A stretch of 11,756 nt of DNA, taken from NCBI GenBank assembly GCA_037380845.1, contig JARRRI010000060.1, forward strand, positions 1-11,756, in the 5' to 3' direction. How positions within the stretch are numbered: position 1 is the stretch's first letter; the number at the start of each line of letters is the position of its first letter. The stretch is from Candidatus Sulfobium sp. Its GTDB lineage: Bacteria; Nitrospirota; Thermodesulfovibrionia; Thermodesulfovibrionales; UBA6898. A program made the position numbers and the translations under genes. Under the pieces are notes generated by a model. The model saw only the letters and a list, made by a program, of their open reading frames with translations, made no database searches and was not told where the DNA came from. This document shows, in pieces, positions 1-7,846 of the stretch.

Positions 1-26
1 ATGAGAACCAGCGCCTTTATTCCCAC
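1..26 (-). CDS. Possible 5' start of a downstream gene running off the left edge (MGIKALVL...)
   Basis: GTG at 26-24 opens the frame GTG GGA ATA AAG GCG CTG GTT CTC AT. It lies 5 nt after a TG-n-TATACT motif. KALVL resembles the first beta-strand of PP-loop ATPases (xALVLxSGGxDS), but only 8 codons are visible. Confidence 0.3.
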
Positions 27-37
27 GCTGCAGTATA

Positions 38-793
38 TCACTTTATCAGCCTCCTTCGCATGAGTCTGAAAGGGAAGGGTGCGAGTATGACGGCAACGGC
101 TACAACCCACACGGCGTCCCAGGCGGCAGAAGACGGATTCCCGCCCGAAAAGGAGCGGCAGATATTCACCAGGTGATAAAGCGGAGTGAAAAATGCCAGC
201 TTGGAGACCAGAGGGGGCAGGCCGTCAAGGGGGAAGAATATTCCGGAAAAGAGGAACATCGGTGTCATGAAAAGGGTATAAAAATAGTTGAATGAATCGA
301 TTCCCGGTACAATAGCCACGAAGATCATGGATATCTCGGCAAAGATCAGACCGGCGGCAAAAAGAAACGGGACGGCCAGTATGATCAGAGGAGAGAAAAC
401 AAGGCCGAAGGCGGAGATAACGATGATTATGATTGACCCGTACAGCACGCTCTTCGAGGCGCCCCACATAAGTTCGCCGGCTACGAGGTCGCTGAGGTTT
501 ACCGGGGTGGCGAGGATGGCGTCGAAGGTCTTCTGGTATTCCATCCGTACGTAAGAGCCGTATGTGCACTCGTAGACGGCTGCAAACATTGCCGAGGAAG
601 CGATTATCCCGGGGGCAATAAAATTGATGTACGGCATGCCGTCGATTTCCTTTACGTAAGCGCCCAGCCCCAGTCCGAGGGCGGCCAGGTAGAGGACCGG
701 TTCAACGAAGTTGAGGGCGATGCTCGACCGGTAAAGCTTGGTGTAGACCTTGAAGTGCCTCTGCCACACCCTGAAGGCGTGTCTAAGCCGCAA
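38..793 (-). CDS. ABC-2 type transporter permease (NodJ-like)
   Basis: 251 aa, about 6 hydrophobic segments, with ABC-2 motifs YINFIAPGIIA, TFDAILATPV, GELMW, PMFLFSGIFFPL and TPLYH. The TTG start has GGAGG just upstream and overlaps the ATPase stop by 11 nt. Confidence 0.9.
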   Translation of the reverse strand: MRLRHAFRVWQRHFKVYTKLYRSSIALNFVEPVLYLAALGLGLGAYVKEIDGMPYINFIAPGIIASSAMFAAVYECTYGSYVRMEYQKTFDAILATPVNLSDLVAGELMWGASKSVLYGSIIIIVISAFGLVFSPLIILAVPFLFAAGLIFAEISMIFVAIVPGIDSFNYFYTLFMTPMFLFSGIFFPLDGLPPLVSKLAFFTPLYHLVNICRSFSGGNPSSAAWDAVWVVAVAVILAPFPFRLMRRRLIK

Positions 794-1514
794 GGGACCT
801 CCCCGTCAGCGCGAGGTACACGTCTTCCAGTGTACCTTCATATTTGCTCATCAACCGGGCCGGGGAATCTGTTGTTATGATTTTGCCCAGATCCATTATC
901 GCCACCCTGTCGCATATCTTTTCAGCTTCTTCCATGTAGTGCGTGGTAAGCAGGAACGTCGTACCCTTCGACTTAAGGTACTCCAGCTTTTCCCACACGG
1001 AATGCCTGCTGTGAGGGTCGAGACCGACCGTCGGTTCGTCAAGGATCACGAGTTCCGGGCTGTTTATGAGGGCCCTGGCAAGCAGGAGTCTCCTCTTCAT
1101 CCCTCCCGAGAGGTCCTTTATGCGAACATGCGCCTTTTCCTTCAACTCCACGAATTCGAGAAGCTCCCAGGCCGCCGGCAGGGATTTTCTGATCGGGACG
1201 TCAAAGTACCGTGCATACACGGTAAGATTTTCTATGACGGAGAGGTCCGGATCGAGGTTGTCCTCCTGGGGCATGACTCCTATCCGCGATTTTATTAAAC
1301 TAGGGTCCTCCGTAACGGACATGCCGAAGACCTCCACCGTGCCGGAAGTGGGAGGCAAGAAACAGTAAATAATCCCCATGGCGGTCGTCTTTCCTGCGCC
1401 GTTCGGCCCGAGGAATCCGAAACATTCACCCTTTTCGATATCGAAGTCTATATGGTCCAGGGCGCGGAGACGCCCGTAATCCTTGGTGAGGCCTTTTGCG
1501 GTTACAATATGCAT
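783..1514 (-). CDS. ABC transporter ATP-binding protein (NodI/DrrA-like)
   Basis: Walker A GPNGAGKTT, signature LSGGMKRR, Walker B VILDEPT and H-loop TTHYMEEA. Start placed at ATG 1514 (MHIVTAKGL) because the extension to 1544 contains the -10 box. Confidence 0.93.
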   Translation of the reverse strand: MHIVTAKGLTKDYGRLRALDHIDFDIEKGECFGFLGPNGAGKTTAMGIIYCFLPPTSGTVEVFGMSVTEDPSLIKSRIGVMPQEDNLDPDLSVIENLTVYARYFDVPIRKSLPAAWELLEFVELKEKAHVRIKDLSGGMKRRLLLARALINSPELVILDEPTVGLDPHSRHSVWEKLEYLKSKGTTFLLTTHYMEEAEKICDRVAIMDLGKIITTDSPARLMSKYEGTLEDVYLALTGRSLAA

Positions 1515-1521
1515 GGAGGAT

Positions 1522-1530
1522 ATTATAGCA
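1522..1530 (-). promoter_or_regulatory. Extended -10 sigma70 promoter of the ABC operon (TG-C-TATAAT)
   Basis: Minus strand reads tgaTGcTATAATatcctccATG: a perfect -10 with TG, 7 nt before the ATG, and no SD in between. Confidence 0.65.
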
Positions 1531-1602
1531 TCACATGGACGCATGCCATCATGAGGCCTGCTGCATCATGGGGTCTCCACAGTGGCGGCCGACCTCATTC
1601 TA

Positions 1603-1631
1603 TTGAGAAATTTTCCGACAGGAGATAGAAT
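1603..1631 (+). promoter_or_regulatory. sigma70 promoter of the PAS kinase (TTGAGA-17 bp-TAGAAT)
   Basis: TTGAGA at 1603-1608 and TAGAAT at 1626-1631 with an exact 17-bp spacer. The ATG follows 6 nt later. Confidence 0.65.
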
Positions 1632-1637
1632 TCAGAT

Positions 1638-3197
1638 ATGTTCAAGGACGGGGACCTGTTTTACTCTTTGATTCAAAACTCTTCGGACAGCATCACAATC
1701 CTGGAAGAGGACGGGACGGTATCTTTTGTGACACCGTCAGTCGAGCGCATGACCGGCTATGCGCCTGACGAGTTGATCGGCCGGAACGCCTTCCTTCTGG
1801 TCCACCCGGACGATTTATCCATGGTTGAAGAGGCCTTTGCGAAGGTTATGAGGAATCCTCATGTACCCCTCACCGCGCAATATCGTTTCAGGCACAAGAA
1901 CGGCTCATGGTCGGTTATTGAATCCACGGGGAGCAATCAGCTCGACAATCCCCACGTTTCCGGTATTGTGATCAACTCGCGCGACGTGACGGAACGTGAG
2001 AAGATCCTGGAGGCGCTTCGTGAAAGCGAAGAAAAATACAGGCTGCTCTTTGAAAAGGAGTCGGACGCAATAACTCTCTATGATGCCGAAACGCTGATGG
2101 TCCTTGAGACAAACGATTCATTCGTAAGGCTGTACGGCTATAACAGAGCGGAGACGGCCGGGCTGAAGGCAACGGACCTGAGTGAAGAGCCGGAAAAGAC
2201 CATAGCCTCGGCGGGGCGGACTGTCGCCAGGGGAAGCGACTATGTGCCTGTTCGATGGCACAGAAAAAAGGACGGTACAATCTTTCCGGTCGAGATCTCG
2301 GCGGGCACATTTACGCTGAAGGGCCGGAAGGTCATATGTGCCATATTCAGGGACATCACCGAACGTATGCGGGCGGAAAGGGAACTGGCGGAATATCGTG
2401 AGCATCTGGAGGAACTTGTGGCCCGGCGCACAAAAGAGATCGAGGTTCTGAATGACCGGCTGCGCCAGTCCCAGAAGATGGAGGCGGTAGGGCTTCTTGC
2501 CGGGGGGATCGCCCATGACTTCAACAACATACTGGCCACTATAAAGGGGTCTTTATACATGATTCAGAAAAGGCTGGCGGAAGAAAGCCCGGTGATGAAA
2601 TATGCCGGACAGATCCTCACATCAGTTGAAAAGGCAAACGACCTGACACAGAGTCTTCTGGCCTTCAGCCGGAAGCAGGCCGTTGCCCTGAAGCGGATAG
2701 ATTTGAACGAAGTCATACGTAAAACGGCCGGCCTGCTGTCCCGTGTAGCCGGTGAGAAGACGGATCTGAAGACGAAGTTCAGCCCGGATACCCCGGAAGT
2801 AATGGGAGACGAGAGCCAGCTCGTACAGGTCCTGGTCAATCTTGCAACAAACGCGAGGGACGCAATGCCGGCCGGCGGTATTCTGACCATATGTACTGAT
2901 ACGACGGAGATAGACGAAGAATTTATCAGAGTGCACGGGTACGGAACCGCAGGCAGATATGCCCTTCTAACGGTGTCCGATACCGGGACCGGCATAGACG
3001 GGAACGTAAAGGAAAAAATCTTCGAGCCGTTCTTTACGACAAAAATCGTGGGAAAGGGTTCGGGGCTGGGGCTTGCAATAACTTACGGGATTGTCAAACA
3101 GCATCGCGGCTATGTAGACGTGGAGTCGCCGTCGGGCGGTGGAACGGTATTCAGGATATACCTGCCGGTCCTCAAATCAGATACGGCGGGGGAATAA
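1638..3197 (+). CDS. Cytoplasmic PAS-PAS sensor histidine kinase (HisKA + HATPase_c), no receiver domain
   Basis: Two PAS/PAC domains (VHPDD...RFRHKNGSW...SRDVTER and HRKKDGTIFPVEIS...FRDITER), a coiled coil, H-box GGIAHDFNNIL, N-box QVLVNLATNARDAM, G1 DTGTG, F-box IFEPFFTTK and G2 GSGLGL. No transmembrane segment. Confidence 0.95.
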   Translation: MFKDGDLFYSLIQNSSDSITILEEDGTVSFVTPSVERMTGYAPDELIGRNAFLLVHPDDLSMVEEAFAKVMRNPHVPLTAQYRFRHKNGSWSVIESTGSNQLDNPHVSGIVINSRDVTEREKILEALRESEEKYRLLFEKESDAITLYDAETLMVLETNDSFVRLYGYNRAETAGLKATDLSEEPEKTIASAGRTVARGSDYVPVRWHRKKDGTIFPVEISAGTFTLKGRKVICAIFRDITERMRAERELAEYREHLEELVARRTKEIEVLNDRLRQSQKMEAVGLLAGGIAHDFNNILATIKGSLYMIQKRLAEESPVMKYAGQILTSVEKANDLTQSLLAFSRKQAVALKRIDLNEVIRKTAGLLSRVAGEKTDLKTKFSPDTPEVMGDESQLVQVLVNLATNARDAMPAGGILTICTDTTEIDEEFIRVHGYGTAGRYALLTVSDTGTGIDGNVKEKIFEPFFTTKIVGKGSGLGLAITYGIVKQHRGYVDVESPSGGGTVFRIYLPVLKSDTAGE

Positions 3198-3245
3198 GCC
3201 TTTTGGTCTGTGAAAGGTGAGGGGGGAACGGTCCGGCTGGAGGAC

Positions 3246-3281
3246 AAAACGAAGGGGGCACGGACCGTGCCCCTTCGTTTT
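3246..3281. terminator. Bidirectional intrinsic terminator between the convergent kinase and HU genes
   Basis: AAAACGAAGGGGGCACGG-A-CCGTGCCCCTTCGTTTT: a long GC-rich inverted repeat (one bulged G) with flanking A and T tracts. Confidence 0.85.
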
Positions 3282-3291
3282 AGATTTATCG

Positions 3292-3564
3292 CTATTTTAC
3301 AGCGTCCTTGAAACCTTTACCCGCCGTGAATTTCGGGGCCTTCGTAGCCTTGATCTTTATGGTTTCCCCGGTTTGCGGATTTCTGCCCTTCCTGGCCTTC
3401 CTCTTGGAGACAGCAAACGTGCCGAAGCCAACAAGTGAAACTTTGCCGCCTTTCTTAAGAGTCTTCTTTACGCCGTCAATAAAGGAATCCAGTGCCTTGC
3501 CCGCGGCCGCCTTGGAGACGTCGGCGTCCTTGGCCATTTTGTCGATAAGGTCTGCTTTTGTCAT
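3292..3564 (-). CDS. hup: DNA-binding protein HU
   Basis: 90 aa: MTKADLI..., [48 protein letters not shown] 5 nt upstream of the ATG. Confidence 0.97.
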   Translation of the reverse strand: MTKADLIDKMAKDADVSKAAAGKALDSFIDGVKKTLKKGGKVSLVGFGTFAVSKRKARKGRNPQTGETIKIKATKAPKFTAGKGFKDAVK

Positions 3565-3594
3565 CAGTGCCCCCTAAAAAGAATTTTGTTCAAC

Positions 3595-3622
3595 ATTATA
3601 CACATTTTCCCAGGTTGTGCAA
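3595..3622 (-). promoter_or_regulatory. sigma70 promoter of hup (TTGCAC-16 bp-TATAAT)
   Basis: On the minus strand, TTGCAC at 3622-3617 and TATAAT at 3600-3595. Confidence 0.65.
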
Positions 3623-3652
3623 GTGCAAAGCACTGGTATCTTGTCATCGTCC

Positions 3653-3673
3653 GACTTGATTCGGGATCAAGTC
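3653..3673. repeat. Perfect 8-bp inverted repeat GACTTGAT-N5-ATCAAGTC (candidate operator or hairpin)
   Basis: Seen directly in the divergent hup/globin-kinase intergenic region. Function unassigned. Confidence 0.55.
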
Positions 3674-3744
3674 ATGGAAATGACGGCCCACTCAAACCGT
3701 AACTTGAAACACAGCCGCTAAAAGAAAAGCTGCCGCCCGCCCTT

Positions 3745-3773
3745 CTGGCATTTCGCCGATCTTGTGATAGAAT
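3745..3773 (+). promoter_or_regulatory. Promoter of the globin-coupled kinase (CTGGCA-17 bp-TAGAAT with TGn extension)
   Basis: TG at 3765-3766, TAGAAT at 3768-3773, and a weak -35 at 3745-3750. Confidence 0.5.
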
Positions 3774-3777
3774 ATGA

Positions 3778-4959
3778 ATGTTCCCGATGGTAAAAATGGA
3801 AATACCCTATAAGAAGCTTCATATCTTCAGGCAGCGGCTCGGTATACGGGAGAGCGAGCTTAAAGAGCTCGAACCCCTCAGGACTTTCTTTGCGGGACAT
3901 AAGGACCGGTTTGCCCGCTATTTCTATGATTACTTCATGGGCATACCGGAGGCGAAGCTGATTATCGAACACGAACACAGGGCCGGTTATCTCATGCAGG
4001 CCTGGGCCCACTGGTTTGAAGCGCTGTTTTGCAAGGGGCTCGATGAAGAGTTCCTGGGATATCTCTGGAAGGTGGGTATGAAACATGTGGAGATCAAACT
4101 CGACAAGCGTTTCTCCAACATGGGTTTTTCGGTGGTAAGACAGTTCTGCCAGGAAGTTGTAATCGAGGAGCTTCCTCCGGACATAGCAGTCAGCGTACTG
4201 CGACTGGTCGACAAACTGGTCGATTTTTGCCTCCTTGTTGAAACGGACGCTTACATAGAGTCGACTACGCGCTGCGACATCGAGATAATAAAGGGCATTG
4301 CAGACAGGATCAGGAATCCGGTGACGATTATCGGCGGGAATATAAACAGGCTGATGAAGCATGCCGACAACAAGGACCCCGCATTTCCCGTGTACGAGTT
4401 CATAGCCGCTCAGAGCGTAAAATGTGAGCGACTGGTCCGGGACATTAAGACCTATATGGAGGTATTCGAGAGGGAACCTCGCCTTGAAAAGGTCGACCTC
4501 GGGACCCTGGTAGATGGGGTGCTGGACGGTCTTTTCAAGGAGGGGAAGTATGTCCGGCCGCGCATGGAGATCAATATTGAACCTGACGCGTCCAATATTC
4601 TGGCGGATCTCACGGACATGAGGGCGCTGTTCGGACAACTCCTCGAAAACAGTCTGGAGGCTTTGGCGGGGAGCGCCCCTTACATAAGGATCCTCTCAAA
4701 GGTCGAGGGTGCCCCTCCGCACAGCCTTATCGTGGAAATATTCAATACGGGCGTGCCGCTGGAAGTGGAGGACAGCGAGCAGCTTTTTTCCCCTTTTTAT
4801 TCCACCAAGCCGGGAGGAAGCGGCTTCGGGCTGAGTATTGCCCGGCAGGCGGTCAGGAACAATCTCGGCAGACTTCAGCTCGAACCGGTCGAGGGGGAGG
4901 GCACGAGGGCGGTCGTGACGCTTCCCCTCTTCGAACGACCTATACCCGGTTCCGCCTGA
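3778..4959 (+). CDS. Protoglobin-domain (globin-coupled) sensor histidine kinase-like protein with degenerate H-box
   Basis: The N-terminal ~160 aa have the sensor-globin pattern (FARYFYDYF..., W..WFEALF...DEEF, VGMKHVEIKL with the likely proximal His). A HisKA-like helix GIADRIRNPV follows, then N-box QLLENSLEA, F-box LFSPFYSTK and G2 GSGFGL. The start is uncertain (ATG 3778, 3787 or 3796). Confidence 0.85.
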   Translation: MFPMVKMEIPYKKLHIFRQRLGIRESELKELEPLRTFFAGHKDRFARYFYDYFMGIPEAKLIIEHEHRAGYLMQAWAHWFEALFCKGLDEEFLGYLWKVGMKHVEIKLDKRFSNMGFSVVRQFCQEVVIEELPPDIAVSVLRLVDKLVDFCLLVETDAYIESTTRCDIEIIKGIADRIRNPVTIIGGNINRLMKHADNKDPAFPVYEFIAAQSVKCERLVRDIKTYMEVFEREPRLEKVDLGTLVDGVLDGLFKEGKYVRPRMEINIEPDASNILADLTDMRALFGQLLENSLEALAGSAPYIRILSKVEGAPPHSLIVEIFNTGVPLEVEDSEQLFSPFYSTKPGGSGFGLSIARQAVRNNLGRLQLEPVEGEGTRAVVTLPLFERPIPGSA

Positions 4960-5084
4960 TGCTGCCTCCCGGTCATACCACTTTTTGAGATGCCCGCGGA
5001 CTGCGGTCGGGCTTCGGGAACGGCGAACTTGAAATGCAGGTCTTTTTGCTGGGTCAGGGTGAAGCGACCTTCGCCGGTTCCGGC

Positions 5085-6245
5085 CTAGAGCTTTCTCCTG
5101 AAAAGGACATAGAAATGCTCCTTCAGCTTTTCACAAAAGGGTCTTTTGCGCCATTTCGCGATCTTTATTTCCTCCGAATTCTGCAGGTCTTCGAAGAAAA
5201 TCTGCGACATCCTTGCTCCGAAGTCGGCGTCTATAATGCCGACATTGCCCTCGTCGTTCCTCCTCAGGGACTGAAAATCGAGGTTGGCCGAGCCTATTAT
5301 GCTCCACACCTCGTCGAAAACCGCGGTCTTTGCATGAAGTATCTGGCCTGAATAATTGTAAATCTCGACTCCTGCCTTCAGCAGGCGGGTATAAAACGCG
5401 CGGCCGGTATAACGCGCGGCGGAAATGTCGGATTTTCCGGGTAGCAGGAGTTTTACCGATACCCCTCTGGCTACCGCATTTTCGAGAATCTGTATCAGTC
5501 TCCTGCTCGGCGTGAAATAGGCGGTCGTAAGGTAGATGCTCTTCTGCGCCCCGTTAATGCTTTCGTAGAGGAGCCTTCGCATTCTGCGCCTTCCCCTGGC
5601 GGAACTGGCAAAGATCGGAAGGACCGGGAGGCCGTTTTCCACGGGCTTCACGTCTGCATTGAAATGGATCGGCTCACCTTTCCAGACCTGCCAGCTCTTC
5701 TTGAAGGTATCGAGGAGCATGTTCGCCGCCGGACCTTCGAGGATCAGGCCCGTGTCCCTCCAGCCTTTCTTTTTCTTCCGGAGATGATAGCCGCTGTATT
5801 CGTTCGCTATGTTAAGGCCGCCCGTGAAGGCCTTTGTGCCGTCTATGATAATGAGCTTCCTGTGGTCGCGGTGGACATAGCGCAGCGGAGCCTTCCACTT
5901 GAAGGGGCGTGAAGCCCTTATCTGCACCCCGGCGGACTTCAGGCCCTTCCAGAATTTGAGCGGGGTTCCCAATGAGCCGAAATGGTCGTGGAGGAGGTAG
6001 ACCCTTACCCCTTCGGCTGCCTTTTGACGAAGGATTTCCGCGAGTTCCGTCCCCGTGTCATCGTTCCGGAATATGTAAAATTCGAGGCATATCAGCTTCT
6101 CTGCGCTCCTGACCGAGTCGAAGATGCCGCGGAACAGCTCACTGTTCTTCCAGAGAAGCGTTACCCTGTTGCCTTCGACGAAATGCCCGCCATAGACCCT
6201 CTGGATGTTTTTTCTCAGGGAATGGATCGACCCGTCCGAATTCAT
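5085..6245 (-). CDS. clsB: Cardiolipin synthase, ClsB-type (phospholipase D superfamily)
   Basis: Two HKD motifs (RDHRKLIIID...GGLNI and LHAKTAVFD...GSANLD), plus GNRVTLL, EFYIF, WRDT and TAYFTP. It lacks the N-terminal TM hairpin of ClsA. Confidence 0.85.
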   Translation of the reverse strand: MNSDGSIHSLRKNIQRVYGGHFVEGNRVTLLWKNSELFRGIFDSVRSAEKLICLEFYIFRNDDTGTELAEILRQKAAEGVRVYLLHDHFGSLGTPLKFWKGLKSAGVQIRASRPFKWKAPLRYVHRDHRKLIIIDGTKAFTGGLNIANEYSGYHLRKKKKGWRDTGLILEGPAANMLLDTFKKSWQVWKGEPIHFNADVKPVENGLPVLPIFASSARGRRRMRRLLYESINGAQKSIYLTTAYFTPSRRLIQILENAVARGVSVKLLLPGKSDISAARYTGRAFYTRLLKAGVEIYNYSGQILHAKTAVFDEVWSIIGSANLDFQSLRRNDEGNVGIIDADFGARMSQIFFEDLQNSEEIKIAKWRKRPFCEKLKEHFYVLFRRKL

Positions 6246-6394
6246 ATAGAATAATTGCCTAATTATATTTTTCTGTCAATCCGCGGCAGGGAAAACCAGC
6301 CGGGCAGGCCCAATTTTTCCTGTAGTTTCCGTGTGGATATTTAGCCCCGAAATGAGCTAAAATGAAGGAGTAAATTTGTTATTGAATTTACCCG

Positions 6395-7846
6395 ATGAAC
6401 ATACATATAGAAAACGTGATGGAGATAGACTGCGTCTGCGATGCGCTGATCCTGCCTGTTACAGAAGGCGACGCAAAACTTTACGATAGCCTGGGGCCTG
6501 CCGTTACAAAAGCAATCAGAAAGGTCTGGAGGAAGGAATTCCGCGGCAAACGTAATGAAGTCCTTCTGATCCCGGCCCCCGATGATATCCGGCCGGAGAG
6601 GATCCTGCTTGCAGGTCTGGGTGAAAAGGGAAAGGCTTCCGCCGAGGTAATGAGGCAGGCCGGCGGGAAGGCCGCCGCCTGTCTGCGCGACGCGGGCATG
6701 AAGAAGATCGCCCTTTCCACTTTCGTCTTCCCTCACCTTGATTTATTGCCGATGGATTTCATAGAAGGCGCCGTCCTCGGGCTTTACACTTACGACAGGT
6801 ACAAGGGCGAAAAGAAGAAGAAAAGGGTGAGCAGCATGTCAATCCTCGCGAAGCCTGCCGAAGAAATCGAAGCCGACCTTGCCTGGACCAGGACCTTGAC
6901 CTCTTCGGTCTGTTTTGCGAGGGACCTGGTAAACACCCCTTCAAACGACATGACACCCTCTCAGCTGGCGAAAGAGGCCCTTTCCCTGAAGCGGAAAAAC
7001 CTTTCGGTCAGGGTGCTCGAAAGAAAGGATGCCCTGAGGGCTGGAATGGGGGCCTACCTGTCGGTCGCCAGGGGGTCCGGTGAGCCGCCGAAATTTATAG
7101 TCCTTGATTATGGGGGGGCCGGTGGGGCCCCGGTGGTCCTGGTCGGCAAGGCGGTCACCTTCGACAGCGGCGGAATATCGCTGAAACCTTCGGAGGGGCT
7201 GGAAAAGATGAAATACGACATGGCGGGTGGGGCCGCTGTCCTGGGAGTGATCAAGGCCGCTTCCGAGTCGAGGCTGCCCGTTCATCTTGTAGGACTGGTC
7301 CCGGCCGCCGAGAACCTGCCCGGGGGCTCGGCGACCAAACCGGGCGATGTGGTGAGCACCGCCTGCGGCAAGAGTGTGGAGATAATTAATACGGATGCCG
7401 AAGGTCGTCTTGCCGTCGCCGACGCGATCTGCTACGCCAGGCGGTTTAAGCCCCGTGCGGTGATAGATATCGCCACACTCACCGGTGCCTGCTCGGTGGC
7501 CCTGGGGAGCGAAGCGATCGCAATGATGGGGAACGACCGCGGACTTCTCGACATATTCAAAAAGGCCGGCGAGTCCACCTATGAAAGAGTGTGGGAAATG
7601 CCGCTCTTCGAAGAGTATAATGAATATCTGAAGAGCGATATCGCGGACATCAAGAATGTGGGAGGCAGAAGCGGCTCGCTTGCAACGTCCGCGATCTTCT
7701 TGAGTCAGTTTGCGGGTGATGTCCCATGGGTCCACCTGGATATCGCCGGTACCGCCTGGGTGGAAAAGGAAAAACCTCATGTCCCGAAAGGCGCCTCCGG
7801 AGTGGGGGTCAGACTGCTATTGAAGGCCGTAAAGGAACTGAGATGA
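6395..7846 (+). CDS. pepA: Cytosol leucyl aminopeptidase (M17 family)
   Basis: ARDLVNTPSN, LVGKAVTFDSGGISLKP, MKYDMAGG, NTDAEGRL, DIATLTGA and WVHLDIAGTA. Confidence 0.97.
   Translation: MNIHIENVMEIDCVCDALILPVTEGDAKLYDSLGPAVTKAIRKVWRKEFRGKRNEVLLIPAPDDIRPERILLAGLGEKGKASAEVMRQAGGKAAACLRDAGMKKIALSTFVFPHLDLLPMDFIEGAVLGLYTYDRYKGEKKKKRVSSMSILAKPAEEIEADLAWTRTLTSSVCFARDLVNTPSNDMTPSQLAKEALSLKRKNLSVRVLERKDALRAGMGAYLSVARGSGEPPKFIVLDYGGAGGAPVVLVGKAVTFDSGGISLKPSEGLEKMKYDMAGGAAVLGVIKAASESRLPVHLVGLVPAAENLPGGSATKPGDVVSTACGKSVEIINTDAEGRLAVADAICYARRFKPRAVIDIATLTGACSVALGSEAIAMMGNDRGLLDIFKKAGESTYERVWEMPLFEEYNEYLKSDIADIKNVGGRSGSLATSAIFLSQFAGDVPWVHLDIAGTAWVEKEKPHVPKGASGVGVRLLLKAVKELR

Noticed and set aside
38..1514. 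Assigning the ABC pair to Nod-factor export or heme export (CcmAB)
   Set aside because: There are no nod or ccm genes nearby. It is a generic NodI/J-like ABC-2 pair with unknown substrate.
3718..4638. 306-aa minus-strand ORF
   Set aside because: Antisense shadow of the globin kinase with no recognisable motifs.
4960..5084. Weak GC hairpins between the convergent kinase and clsB genes
   Set aside because: The stems are short and imperfect with no good U-tract, so neither a terminator nor an ncRNA can be supported.
7726..7842. 39-aa N-terminal extension of the phospholipase C-like ORF
   Set aside because: It lies inside pepA. The ATGA-coupled start at 7843 gives a clean signal peptide.
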